Assembly (NCBI RefSeq): GCF_004010195.1
Contig: NC_057711.1
Span: 70,601,018-70,665,017 of the forward strand
Reading direction: 5' to 3'
Length of the DNA stretch: 64,000 nucleotides
DNA from: Chiloscyllium plagiosum
Lineage: Eukaryota
This document shows, one piece after another, positions 24,852-37,784 of the stretch. Each line of letters starts with the position of its first letter. The first letter of the stretch is position 1. The notes beneath the pieces were generated by a model. That model ran no database searches. It was not told the origin of the DNA and saw nothing but the letters and a program-made list of their open reading frames with translations. The translations under genes were made by a program, and so were the position numbers.

Positions 24852-25327
24852 ATTTCAGAATAAAAACCAGAATTCAAAATAGGGCTTTAAAGCAGCCATC
24901 CTATGACAAAGGATCCCTAGAGTCACTTAAAATAAATTTGTTACTAGAGATATACGTATCAAAATTCAGATAGAATAATGAAATATTACCAGAATTGTGT
25001 ATAGTTTACATAGTTTTCTCTTGCAAAAGTGAGTTTGCACCACACTAATTCAAATTAATATATTGTAAAATAGCAGCATCAGATAGATCAACTGGAAGTT
25101 TCTGGGTACAAATTTGTCATCAGAAAATGCTGAACAAAATTAATAATGGGGCATTAAGGCATCAAGCAATTTCTAAACTTTAATTTCCCCATATCTAGTT
25201 TTTGTTGGGAGACCAAAAAGAGGCCTAAAAATGTCTTTGATTGATTGCATGCTTGAATGGAACTAAAAGGGTAAAGCTTGTCCGGAAAATAGTAAAACAT
25301 GAAATATTTAGTGCACACAAGAAGCTA

Positions 25328-26261
25328 CAGAGGAACCTCAATTATCCGAATATCAATTATCCAAATTTCGGATTATCCAAAAAAGATGTCAAAGTCCCGA
25401 TAGAAACATTACATCAAAGAGGTGTTTCTAACACTGATCGCATCTTTTGTTTACAGTGATTAAAAATGAACTCTGCTTACTGAAATGCTGTGGAGAACAG
25501 TCCTGGACATCAATCGGAGCCCAGGCACCATTTCCAAATGACTGACTGACTGCCCTCTCCCTACACTTTCCCTGCAGTTCTACACAGGGTGTGCCCTAAA
25601 CCCCCTTTCCCCAGATAAGCTCTCCAACGTTGTCCTGAAAGCAAAGGTGGAACTTGACAAAATGTTGCAGTAAAAAGTTGTGTGTGTGGCTGCGTGTGTG
25701 CGCTATTTTGAGATTCACTCCATAAAGGCAGCGGCAGTCTTGCTATTGGTGTCCAGTCTGACAACCCTGGAAAGGGGGGAGGATGGGCGTGGATGGCGGG
25801 ACGGCCAAGTCAGATGGGGGCGTGGGCATGGACAGTCGGGGGGCGGGTGGCGGACGGAGTAGGTTTGGACTGGTTGGGGGTGGGATTGGGGGCGGATCCG
25901 TGAATGGGGTTGGATGGGTTCTGGGGGCAGACGGTGGGGGGGTGCGTGGGGGCTCACGTGCGGTGTGCTGCTGCCTCGTCTCTTGAACAGGGAGTGGACT
26001 TAGCAAGTTCTCGCTGTCAATCCCCATTGAACTGATTGGGGGGCTTCAGCAATGTTGCAGGTCCCTTACACACAAGTGTGTGTCTGCTCAGAAACAAGCC
26101 CTTAGACAGCGAGAGGGAGCAAGGCAGGCAGAGCAAGGAAAAAGGAAACCTCAGAAAACTCTGAGCCCCAGAGGAGAGACATTGAATCAATTAACCAAAT
26201 AATTGATTGTCTGAATGAAATAGTGTCCGCCCATCTCGTTCGGATAATTGACGTTCCTCTG
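25328..26261. mobile_element. Non-autonomous Tc1/mariner (pogo/Tigger-like) DNA transposon
   Basis: 23-bp TIRs CAGAGGAACCTCAATTATCCGAA / TTCGGATAATTGACGTTCCTCTG (1 mismatch) flanked by TA on both sides; no transposase. Confidence 0.88.
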
Positions 26262-26396
26262 TATATGGTTCATTCTGTTTACCTGAGGAATCAAACTATA
26301 ATCTCAATTCCCTGCTTCCCGGGAATCCTTCTCTGCTCCAAATATTAGTCTACTTGTCCCTTAGAACATACTGTGACTCTGTCTCAAATGCTCCTA

Positions 26397-26564
26397 ATGT
26401 TCTAGAGTACAGTTGCAATCTTCCTGGCTTCAAAGTTGGTTCTCAGTATCAATTGAGAGATTCACAAAGGACAGGTCTAACACCTGAAAATAATGTTCAG
26501 CTGGGAAAAAATAATGTGACGCTGGAATTTAGTATTACCCTAAATATTCATTGAATCTTGGCAA
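26397..26564 (+). repeat. Direct repeat, copy 2
   Basis: Matches 24700-24851 with substitutions and an internal indel. Confidence 0.9.
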
Positions 26565-29500
26565 CCTTGTGCTAAACCATTCTGTGAGAAGAAATGTAAT
26601 TTCTCCTCTCAAACTCGGTGATGATTTTAAATTGATGACCCCTCATCACTGTCTCACTGATCCACGAAAAATGACACAAATAGAGAAATTTGGAAAATAT
26701 TCTGCTTCAGCAAAATTAATCACAGTATCTCCAAACTTTTTGTAATTATGCTTTGACTAGAATGTTGCTGTGGTGAGAATCTAATTCAGTAGGTACTCCT
26801 TAGCTTTACTCTCCGTGGTCTAACTACTCCCTTGCACCAGTGCATCACTATCTCTTTGGTTTTTACAAAATTTGCCTTTGTTTATAAATTCCAAAATGCA
26901 TCAATAACTTTTATTCCATATTATTTATCTTCAGATTTTGAACGATTTTGTCTTAGAATGCCTGGGTCCTTCTGTATCTTTCAATATTTTCTCATTGTGC
27001 ATTGATAAATTTTCTGTTTTCTTCACAAATGATTCACTTGGTTGCAATTTGATGTGAAGCTGTATTACACCCTTTTGAGATACTTTTACAGTTCTCCTTA
27101 CTGAGCACTAACCCTTTTTTTTATTTACAACAAATTTTGGTATGTTTATTCCATGTAGATAAATATAGAACAAAAATGAATTCAGTAGGGACACCCTTGG
27201 GTTCATCCCTGCCAACTCTACTCCAGTCTAAGCAAAACCATCCATCCTTGGTATCTCATTAATCAGTCAGTTTCCATACACATTGCTTCATTTCATCTAA
27301 TACAATATCCATGATTTTGTTTTGCAGCAAAACTTAGTCAATCAGTTATTAAAATCCTTAAAGACTATCTGCTTCTATCTTCTCAGATACATCATACTGG
27401 AATATCTTTTATAAATTTGTGTCATCAACAATGTAACAATTTGCATTTGTCCATTTCAGCTCATGTGCTAAAACCCTCACTCATGCTTTTGTTACTTCCA
27501 GACATAGCCATTCTAGTGCACTCCTAATCTCCCACATTTAACTATAGGTAAAGCTGAGGGTTAGAAAATTAACAATTCCGTGTCTTAATTTGTAGCAAGT
27601 TAAGTCCATTCCACTATCACCCATGTTTCCTCTAGACTGTGCGACCCACAGCCACAATGAGGTTCCTTGCATGCTGGTCAGTGTGATTGATGTACTGATG
27701 CTTTAACTTCTGGCTTCAGAAGTTGCTACCGCACACAAATCTTGGAGCTACACACAGTGGGAAAAAATTAGAACTCATATTGCCTTTCACACTCTTTGTT
27801 TGCTAACCTACGCTGGTTTCAGGTCAAGCAAAGTCTTGATTTTAAAATCCTCACCCTGTTTCCAAATGCCTCCCTAGCCTCACTTTTTATTATTGTGATC
27901 TCCTTGAGTCTCTCAAATGTTTCATAATATGTGAGATGATCTAATTTCGGTTTCCTTTGCACCCTGAATTATTGAGCTATTCCCATTTCCTGAAGACTCC
28001 CTGGGCCCTGATGCACATTTCAACCCCATGTCCGATCTCCAGTGATTTGTAGACTGGAACATTTGGGCCCATGTCTACTGTTTCCTTTGTGAATTTCTTC
28101 TTAAGGTGAGCACCCAGTAATTGATCCCTTTGTACTTCTGTTTTCTTTCTTGCAACCAATTTTATTTATATTTGGATTGATCATAATTGTTTCACATACT
28201 TATATTTTTACCATAATGTATATAAAATGAAGCACAGTATTGATTATCTCGGACATTTCTTTCTTTCTCAAAATCAGTTTTGCCCCTTGGCAGGCACTGA
28301 CTGTATTCCTCAAAATATTTTTAAATCATGTATTTGCTTTCTAAATTTAATCTCTTTAATTTGTCTTCATTTCATTTAGAGGGATGTTTTTACTTTTGAT
28401 GTTGTCTCATTTTCCTATTCTGCACTTAATGCCTTTTAATATTATTGGCTCTTTTCCTGTTATCTTAGTTATTTTTGCTTTCTTTGTTCATTTGCATAAT
28501 GATTTCAAGCAAGGAAGGAAAGTCCAAGTAAAAATAGGAGGTGCTTGAAGTATGAACGGCATGACTTTAATCCTCAGTTAAACACTTCTTTCTCATGTCC
28601 CCCCAACTCCTCCCCCATTTCTACTGTGTCTACACCCTTAGCTGTCAAGTTACTGTGTCCCTGTTTCACTCTGGAGATTTCCTCCAAATGACTGATTTAC
28701 ATGGTTGCTAAGCCACCACTGCTCAGTTGTACAACAATTGTTTACATGCTCTTAAACTCATTATCGTATCCAAATATATAGTACTTTAGAGGGTTAGATA
28801 TTTTGAAATGCGACTGTGCAGGTGACACAAATGCATGGTCAGTGGAATAGTAAAATACCACTGCTTCAGCTCACTGATTAACATACATAGTACTCTCCAA
28901 ATCATACATAGTACTTATTTTTGTAACTGAAGGAAGCACCTCAGTGCCTTTACATGTTATATTCGCTTTCAGCAAAGCTCCTCCTTAAAGTAAATATTCT
29001 TGAGCTTGTCATGATCAAACAGTACTTGAGGGAAGTGGAAATGTACTGTTAGAATTAGTCATTTTTTTGAAGTACCAAATTGGGAACCATAAAATGAAGT
29101 CTGTTTTATTGAAGGATATGTGCAGCACATCCATATTTGAGTTTCTTTTCAGCAGAAGCATATTTTTGATAAAGAACAAGTACATGCCGACAAATCCAGA
29201 ACGTCTGTTAAACATATTGTAACTTCAATGAAATGTTTTCTTTCTCATTTTCATTAGTATTGTTCAGCAGTAATTAAGTTAGGACTTTTTTGTTATATTG
29301 TGTTTACATTAGTTTATTAAAAGTTGTCTGTGGATTGTATTTAGCATCTGAAATATTATATAGTCATCACAGTTGATCAATAATTGATTATTTTTTTGGA
29401 ATTTAGAAATAAATTGAATGCCTCAACTCTACTGGCTATATATAGTGCTTTTCTGTTCTCTTGAAGTAGTCTGATTGTTTGGAGTTTAACAACTACTGAA

Positions 29501-29649
29501 CCTTGCTTTTTGTGCAGTAATTTTGCTTCTAAAACCTGTCTCTCAAAATCAGGAGTAAAAATGAGCAAAGTCACACACAGGTTGTCACTAGCTCTTGTTA
29601 AAAATGTTCCCCGCACATAATACAGTGAACTCCACATCGTATACAGAGC

Positions 29650-30075
29650 AAAGAAAGATTTAGATTACATGGCACCTTTCATAACCTTAGCAATCCCGAA
29701 CTGTTTTACAGCTAATGAAGTACTTGTGAAATGTAATCACTAATGTAGGAAATACAGCTAATCAGTGTTATAGTTGTAACACAGCTATAGCAAATTCTGA
29801 AATTGAATGTGATAACTACCAACGATCTGTTTTATTGATGTTGGGTTGAGTGTTAAACATGGGTCATGACAAAGGATCAACTCCCTTGCTTTGAAAACAT
29901 GCCGTGGCACCTTTCATTGCTGCCCGAGAGGGCAGCCTGGGCCTTAGTCTGAAAGATGCTGGCCCTAACTGTGCTATTCTGGGGTATCAGGCTGGATATA
30001 CACTCAAATCTCTGCAGTGGAGCTTGAACCCACAACTTTTCAACTCTGAGGAGCAAAATGCTATCAATTCCACTT
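29650..30075 (-). mobile_element. DeuSINE (SacSINE1-like) copy
   Basis: Reverse tRNA-like head (gcttgaacccacaac...ctctgag), Deu-domain-like core (cccgagagggcag...ctgaaagatg) and L2-like tail. Confidence 0.6.
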
Positions 30076-30509
30076 TTCTGCTGTGCAAGGATGTGGGTTC
30101 TTACATTTGATAATGTAAAATCAGCCACTCCGTGATTCTGTGTTTATTCCACTGTCATCTGAGAACCCAAAATGTGACAACTTTATTGAAAGGTGTATCA
30201 AATTCAACTTTCTGTGATTGGAACACATTAGAATGAAAATAGAACTGAGAAAATCTAGCATATGTATTCCTAGTTCAGGGTTTTACCATCTTTTAGTGTC
30301 TTTGCATGTATATATTAAAAAAAATTAATGTTATTTTATTGAGCATTGGTTTGGAGTTCAGTCGTGTAAATTTGATAAGTACTGACCGTGCAAAAATAGA
30401 ATTGAATTTCTGCTCATAAATTAGAACTTCTAATTGTATAGAAGAATAAAATGAGAAAACAAAAGAGAAAAGATGATGTTCTTTGAATGGATCAGCTTCA
30501 AGGATATTT

Positions 30510-30890
30510 CAAAATGTAAAAATATGACTAACAGGAACAGGAGTAGTCCATTTGCCCTTATGAGACTGCTCTGCTGCCATTCAGTAACAGCATGACTGAT
30601 CTGATTAGTCATAACTCCACTTTCCTACCTGGCTCTTTGATTAAAAATCTGTCTAGTCTGGCCTTGAATATATTTAATGACTCAGCCTCCATTGCTCACA
30701 GTGGAAGACAATTCCAAACACTAATGATGCTCTGGGAGCAGAAAGTTTTCCTCATCATGTTTAATGGACTGCCACTTATTTTTGACTTGCGTCTGGGTCT
30801 TGAACTTGTTGAGGTAGTCTCAGCAGCTATCTTGTCAACATCCCTCAGAATCTTCCATGTTTCAGAAGATCACTTTTCATACTTCTGACC
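30510..30890 (-). mobile_element. CR1-like LINE 3' fragment
   Basis: aggaacaggagtagtccatt tail; gccttgaatatatttaatgac...aattccaa. Confidence 0.7.
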
Positions 30891-32090
30891 TCCAGTGCTT
30901 GACCAGTTTTGTGATGCAGTTTGAACAGAACATATATAATCTATGGTGCTACTATGTAGTATTATCAATAGATTTTATTTGCGACTTTAATTTCTCTCAG
31001 CCCTGTATACATCATTGTTCAGTTAAAGATTAAATTCAGATAAAAAGGATGTTCATATAGTTTTGCTTGCCAAGGTAAATTATTAGACCAGATGGGGAGC
31101 GGGGTTATTTTTTTCCTGTGTTGCATTACATTGATTCCAGACAGCCTGTGAATGTGCTAGTAACATTCCCACACATCAAGAATGCATTCCATAAATAGGG
31201 ATCAACTTGTTTATATTATGTTTTGTCTTATAAATAATTAGACTGAATTGAGACAGTTTTTTTGGGTTTGATAGCTCATAACTGTTCAAATGCAGTGTAT
31301 ATGTTAACCTTGTCTCAGTGGCGGCCTTTCATTTGGCTGTGGTTTCAATCCACACTGCAGTGAGTTAAGTACTTCTTCCAAGGCTGAGCTCTAGCGCAAT
31401 ACTGAGGGAATGTGTTTTTTCTTAAGGCATACCCTATTTCAAGTAAGGCATACAGGTAAGGCGCTGGCCCCCTTGCAAACAACAGATGATCCATGGAGAT
31501 CCTACTTCAGAATTTCAATCTGAAGTGTGGCCTGGCCGCATGGGGGAGCAATGTTGAAGGGTACTTTCTTTTAAAAAAAAAACTGTAAAATTTGAATAAT
31601 TTTGGCAGCTTCTGCCTCCTGAGCTTGCAACAGGTTGCAAATGTTCTAATTTCTGTGAGAATATTTAGTCAGTGCATTGTAATCCTATTCCAATTCAGTT
31701 GTGGATTAGCACACTGACTACCATGGTCTTGGGGTGAATATAAGAAGTCCTGAGCATAAGCATCCTGGCTGTAAAACTGGGATTTGCTTCCTGTACATGT
31801 TTAGTCCCAGACTATTAACAATGACAGAACTATTTATTACTTGCAATGTATTGACACTGTACTAACAAATGTACCAGGCCTTGGGCGGTGTTACAAGTGC
31901 TTGTAGTCACATTTGGAATAATTGTTGGATGAGTTCCAAAATCTTTGGACTGGGCACATTTTTCTCATATGGAGAAGAATGTTTTGGATTCCAATACATT
32001 TTTTTTTAAGTTTATGTAAACTTTTTTAAGGATACATTGTAATTTTGTTTTATTCCTTCCCTTCTTTCCTTACTTCCTCCTTTCAAAAAG

Positions 32091-32325
32091 ATTTCCCGGA
32101 TGGAATACGTGCACTCGAAGAACTTAATATACAGAGACGTAAAGCCAGAAAACTTCTTAGTGGGACGACCAGGAGGCAAAAACCAGAATGTAATTCACAT
32201 AATAGATTTTGGCCTTGCTAAAGAATATATAGACCCAGAGACAAAAAAGCACATCCCTTACAGAGAACACAAGAGCCTTACTGGAACGGCCAGATATATG
32301 AGCATTAATACCCATTTAGGAAAAG
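32091..32325 (+). CDS. CSNK1G3: Casein kinase 1 gamma, next coding exon (235 bp): [78 protein letters not shown]
   Basis: Catalytic loop [11 protein letters not shown] and the CK1 motif GTARYMSIN. Long pyrimidine tract then aag| acceptor; donor AAAG|gtaagt at 32326. Joins the previous exon in phase 0. Confidence 0.95.
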
Positions 32326-32689
32326 GTAAGTAACTTCTATTTGACTATCTGGCACGTTTATTGCTTCCTAACTGGTGTGTGTGTTGTTCTTAGAAAAATA
32401 ATTATATGGATTTAACTAGAATTATTTGTTAGATTGAAAAGATGTATTTAAGTTGTAATGAACAATTATTTGTCTTTTGTACTTAATACTGTTGAGACTT
32501 TTCATTTGATGAGTACTATGGATGTTGATCCTTAAACATCCAAAAATGAGAATTGCCTTATTTGCAGAGTTTCAAAACAAATCAATAGTATAGTTGTAAG
32601 CTTGCTATTTTGAAACATCATTTGAGCACAGTGGACGTATTTTTGCAGTACAAAAGGTGCAGACAGTTGCATTGTAGTAATGTAATTGA

Positions 32690-32985
32690 ACCAGGAGTTC
32701 AGAAGCACAGGCGAATGCTGTGAAGTCAAAATCTCACCAAAGCTCCTGGTGGAATTTAAAGTAAATAAAGAAATCTCATTAAAAATTTCAGGAATGGCAA
32801 TTGTGATCATCAATTGGCACACATCCATCTGGTTCACTAATATCCTTTACAGAAGAAATTCTCCCACGCTTTCCCATCTGCCTCTAGATATGTGGCTCCA
32901 GATGAATACTAATGTGCCCTTTGAAATGGTCAACTAAGCGACATCAGTTCAAACAAAATTAGGGATAGGCAGCAGATGTTGTCGT
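32690..32985 (+). mobile_element. tRNA-derived SINE with LINE-like tail (degenerate)
   Basis: ggtggaatttaaa...ccatctggttcactaat...aattagggataggcag; same family as 36405 and 56860. Confidence 0.65.
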
Positions 32986-33320
32986 AGAGTCATACAGCAT
33001 AGGAACAGACCTTTTGGTCCAACTCTTCCATGCCGACCAAGTTTCCTGAACTAAACTAGCCCCACTTGCCCACATTTGGCCCATATCCCTATAGAACTTG
33101 CATATTCACATACTTTTCCAAATTGCCACTTCCTCCAGTAATTTGTTCCCCATATGAACCACTGTCTCTGTGAAAAAAGTTACCCCTCAGGTCCTTTTTT
33201 AAATCTTTCTCCTCTCACCTTAAAAAAAAGAATGCCCTCAGTTTTTAACTCATCCACTCCAGGGAAAAGACCTTTTCAATTCACCTTATCTATGACCCTC
33301 ACGATTTTATAAACCTTGAC
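32985..33320 (-). mobile_element. CR1-like LINE 3' fragment
   Basis: Reverse complement of the tail seen at 40700-41045. Confidence 0.8.
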
Positions 33321-33659
33321 TGTGATGTTTGCATCCCATGAAAGAATAAAGGGATTAGTACGGAAAAAGAAAATTCAGACATAATTCAAACCATTTTCAT
33401 CCAAACGTTTTATGGGGAATCGAAAGCCATATTAAATATTTTTCACATTTGTGGTTTGTGTGGCATTAGTAGAGTAAATTACAACTTCACTGATCTATCC
33501 TCGCCATCTGAAATTAATGCCCAGATCTTATGAACTTCCCATGATAAAGTTTTCTGCTTCCTGGGACCCACAACATTTTGAGTTAAAGATTTCAGACAGT
33601 TTCAACTTAATTATCTGAATAACTAACCAGGAAATATTAGATGGAAAATTTCTATTTAT

Positions 33660-34500
33660 TTTTGATAAATTCATTCAGGGATGTGTGCATCACTAGTCGG
33701 GCCAGCAAATATTGCCAATCCTTAATTGCCCTTAAGGTGGTTGTGAGTTACCTTCTTGAACCACTCAAGTTTATTTGGTGTAGGAGACCCACAAAGCCAT
33801 TGGAGGGGGAGAGGGATGCGAGGGGGATGGAGTTCCAGGATTTTGACCCAGTGACACTTTTATAGAATGGTGATATTTTCCTGACTCAGGATGGTGAGTG
33901 GCTTGGAGAGAAAGTTGAGATGCTAGTGTCCCCATATACCTACTGCCCTTCTTATCAATAATGGTGATTTCTTTCAGTGCAACTTGTAGATTGCATATCT
34001 ATCCAAAATATGTTACTGAGTATCAGTGGTGAAGGGAGTGGATATTTTACTGATGTGCCAGTCAAATGGACTGCTTTGTTCTGGATGGTGTCAAGCTTCC
34101 TGATGTTATGGAGCTGCACTCATCCAGGCAAGTGGGGAGTATTTCATTGCATCCCTGACTTATGGTGAACTGGCTATGGGATTCCTAGTCTTTAATCTGC
34201 TCTTTTAGCTACAGCATTTATATGGCTAGTCCAGTTCAGTTTCTGGCCAGTGGTAACCAATTGAGGGAGTCACTGATGGTAATGCTTTTAAGTGTCAAGA
34301 GGAGATGGTCAGATTCTCTCCTTTTGGAGGTGCTCATTTCTTGAGAATTGTCTGTAACGGTTGTTACTTGTGACTTGTTGCCTAAAGCCGAGATGATGTC
34401 CAAGTTTTGCTGCATTTGGACATAGACTACTTTAGTATCTGAGGAGTTGCAAATGGTGCTGAACATTGGTTTCTGATTGCACATTCTTACTTCTGAATAT
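33660..34500 (-). mobile_element. CR1/L2-clade LINE 3' fragment
   Basis: ttccaggattttgacccag...caggatggtgagtggcttgg; minus strand VQMQQNLDIISA..KSQVT; matches 53190-54290. Confidence 0.8.
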
Positions 34501-35760
34501 CTAAACCTTGAATAAATGTGCAATTGAGCTTGACAAGTCTCTCCCTCAAAGCAAAACTCCTTCTCCCCCATTAGACATGACTCCTTCCCACAATTGACAC
34601 CAGCTACCCCACCTGACCCCTGACTGCCCGACCAGACAACGGTTTCTAAGCCAAGTCAACTTGGGGTTCGAGTGATGTGGCATTCATGTAATATAGGTCA
34701 TGTGGCTAACCCACATCATCTTGCAGACTACTATAATGGGTAGCACTGAAATGGGTAGGCTGCTCAGCACATGCAGTAATTATGCATGTCCCTGATGTAA
34801 TCCAGTTGTTATGAGGCTTATTGACAGACACTTCTGTAAAAGTGCTTAAAGTAACAGGAAGGATGAAGAAGTACTGTTGTTGGAGGGACCACTTTAGGGA
34901 TATCCCCTGAAAAGATAGTAAACCACGTCCTTCATACACTTACATTGCACAAAGCCAACCAATACCATTGCCGCTCCCCTTCAACCCAAAGACCACGGAC
35001 TTGCTTGGCTCTGAGTTTCCATTGGCCCTCTTACGTTGACCCATCTGCTGCAGTCTCAGAAGCGCCCGTTAACTTTGGGACAGCTCTGCAGGGTGTGTCT
35101 TCCTCCCCAGTGAGGGTCAGAGTTCCCAGTGTGAGATGGTTCAGGTGACTTACTGCAGTATCTTATTGCTACAGCACATACTCGTTTTGGGCCTGCTAGC
35201 TGGCTGCCACCTTTTCATGTTTGTACACACAGACACACACTTACTTACCTCCTTGGCCTTGCCCTCCTCCTCCCCATCTGCTGTCATTTCTGTCCATTGT
35301 TTGAATGTCCTGAAGTATATTATTGAACAAATGTACTGGAATGTAGCAGCTAGTATATATAAAAGGGTGGTGGCATGGCTCCTCTTCCTTTGACAATCCA
35401 GTGTTATGAGGAAGCTGTTTGATTTAATGCAAGTTGAATGTGCTTGAGGAGGTCTGACTGGAAAAGCTGAGCCACAAATGTGTAGCTTGGTTGTAGTGGA
35501 GAGTGGTTTGCCACATAGTGGAGATTACCTCTCCTCTGAAAATTTGTCTAAAGTAATTCTTCGTTTACAAAACTACATTATTCTGTAGAATTTCCTTGAA
35601 CCTGCCATAAATTATCTTCAGTTATATAGTCACAGAGATTTTATCAGATGATAACCTAAAAAATAGAAACCGGAATAGGCCATTCGGCCCCAAACTTTTC
35701 TCCTGCCATTCTATAAGATCATTGCTGATCTGCCCTGGGCCTCAGCTCCTCTGTCAGTCC

Positions 35761-35954
35761 GGGAGAAAGTGAGGTCTGCAGATTCTGGAGATCAGAGTCA
35801 AGAATATGTTGCTGGAAAAGCACAGCAGGTCAGGCAGCAGCTGAGGAGCAGGAGAATCAATGTTTTGGACCAGAGCCCTCATTCCTGATGAAGGGCTCTG
35901 ACCCGAAATGTCGATTCTCCTGTTCCTCGGATGCTGTCTGACCTGCTGTGCTTT
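35761..35954. mobile_element. Palindromic PLE-derived short insertion (same family as 18920) with hammerhead motif at 35881-35916 (+)
   Basis: Starts GGGAGAAAGTGAGGTCTGCAGAT exactly like 18920; imperfect inverted arms; ATTC-CTGATGA-A-GGG..CCC-GAAA-TGTC. TSD tcctctgtcagWcc at 35747-35760 and 35955-35968. Confidence 0.88.
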
Positions 35955-36404
35955 TCCTCTGTCAGACCAGCTTCCCCGTAGCCCTCAACTCGTTGATATT
36001 TGAAAAATCTATCTGCCTCCTCTTTAAGTACTTTGAGTGATCTAGTGTCCACAACTCTCTAGGGTGGAGAATTCCAGACATTCACGACCTCAGAGAGGAA
36101 ATTCTTTCTCATCTCAGTGTCCCTCTTTTCTGTAACTGTGTCCCCTACTTTGAGATTCCGATACAAGCGGAAACATCTCATCATCATATACCCTGTCAAG
36201 CTCCCTCAGAACTCCATATGTTTCAATAAGAACTTCTCGTGCTTCTATACTCTGATGATTAAAGACCAAACTTGTTGAGCCGTTCTTAATAACTAAATCT
36301 GGTCATCCCAGGAATCCGTCCAGTGAATCTCTATTGAACTGCCTCCAATGCCAGTATATCTTTTTTTAAATACGGGACCAAAACAGTATATACTTCTCCA
36401 TGTA

Positions 36405-36740
36405 CTGGGGTTGCAATGTCCTCGTGGTATTATCACTGCACTGTTAATCCAGAGACCTAGATAACGTTCCAGGGACATGGTTTGAATCTAACCGTGGCAG
36501 ATGGTGGTATTTGAATTCAATAAATATCTGGAATCTTAACAACTACCATAAATCCATTGCCAATTGTCAGAAAAACCCACATGGTTCACTAATGTTCCTT
36601 AGCGAAAGAAGTCTGTCGCCCTTACCTGGTCTGGCCTACATGTAAAGTGGTTGACTCAACTGCCCTCTGGGCAATTAAGGATGGGCAATATATGCTGTCG
36701 AGCCAGTGACGCCCTCATCTTGTTAAAGAATTTTAAAAAT
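36405..36740 (+). mobile_element. tRNA-derived SINE with LINE-like tail
   Basis: gtggtattatcactg...ttaatccagagacc...ggcaattaaggatgggcaata...; near match to 56860-57185. Confidence 0.8.
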
Positions 36741-37784
36741 GTGTGGCCTCACCAACACCCTGTACAGTTGTAACATGACTTCCCTGTTTTTAAACTCTTA
36801 ATCCCTTGGCAATAAAGGCCAAACTTCCATTTGCCTTCACAGTTACCTCCTGTACCTGCATTCTTGTATTTCATGCATAAGAAAGCGGATTGTGTTGCAC
36901 TGCGCTTATTCAGAATCTCTCTCAATTCAAATAATAATATGCCCTTTTGACTTCTTACCAAAGTGCATGATTTTCCTACATTAGATTCTATTTGTCAAGT
37001 TGCTTCTCCAGCAACCTAACCACGTCCCCTTGCACACTTGTAATGTCTTCATGATTATTTCATGTGTGAGCACATATCAATGAAATGCTTTAGTGAAAGT
37101 AGTTTCACAGACTGATTACAAGTTTTAAAGCAAGTGGCTTCCTCTTCTCGCTGACTGTACATGTCTGTTGTTTAATTTTTTGCTTATTTTTCCTTATGAT
37201 ATTTCTCCCACTCCCTCTGTTTCTGGATTCTGACTTTGGAATGACCACAACCAAACTGTGTCAACGTTAAAAACTAGAAGTAGGATATACATCACACACT
37301 CTTAGATGTGCTTTGCAACACAGGCACTTATACAAATATGCACAGAGTTAGAAAATACAAAAAAGACAGAATTTTTTCAATTCATAGCAAATTAAACGAA
37401 AAAGGAAACAACCAAGAGATACTAATCTCAAAATGGCCTTGATTTTTAAGATGGAATCACAAACACAGAAATTGTATGCAATTACAAAACGTGAGTTATT
37501 TAGCACTTCTGTGTCGGCTAATAAATTTGTTGAAGTGTCGTTCTGGCATTTTTAATTTTGGCCATAAGGAAAGACAGTACCTTTATGTGTAGGACACCTT
37601 TCATGAATTCCGGGTATTCCAAAGTGCTTCAGAGCTTGTAAAATACATTGGAAATGTAGTTAATTATTGGAGCTAACTGTGTGGTGGGTAATCTGTGCAT
37701 AACAAGACCGCATGGCCAGTGATGAGGTAGGTGACCAGATATTTCTTTCAATGAATTTAAAACAGAAAATGCTGGAACACCATA

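Larger units (their letters stand above)
35660..37050 (-). mobile_element. CR1-like LINE fragment hosting two nested insertions
   Basis: ggaataggccattcggccc tail and gaactgcctccaatgccag; interrupted at 35761 and 36405. Confidence 0.75.
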
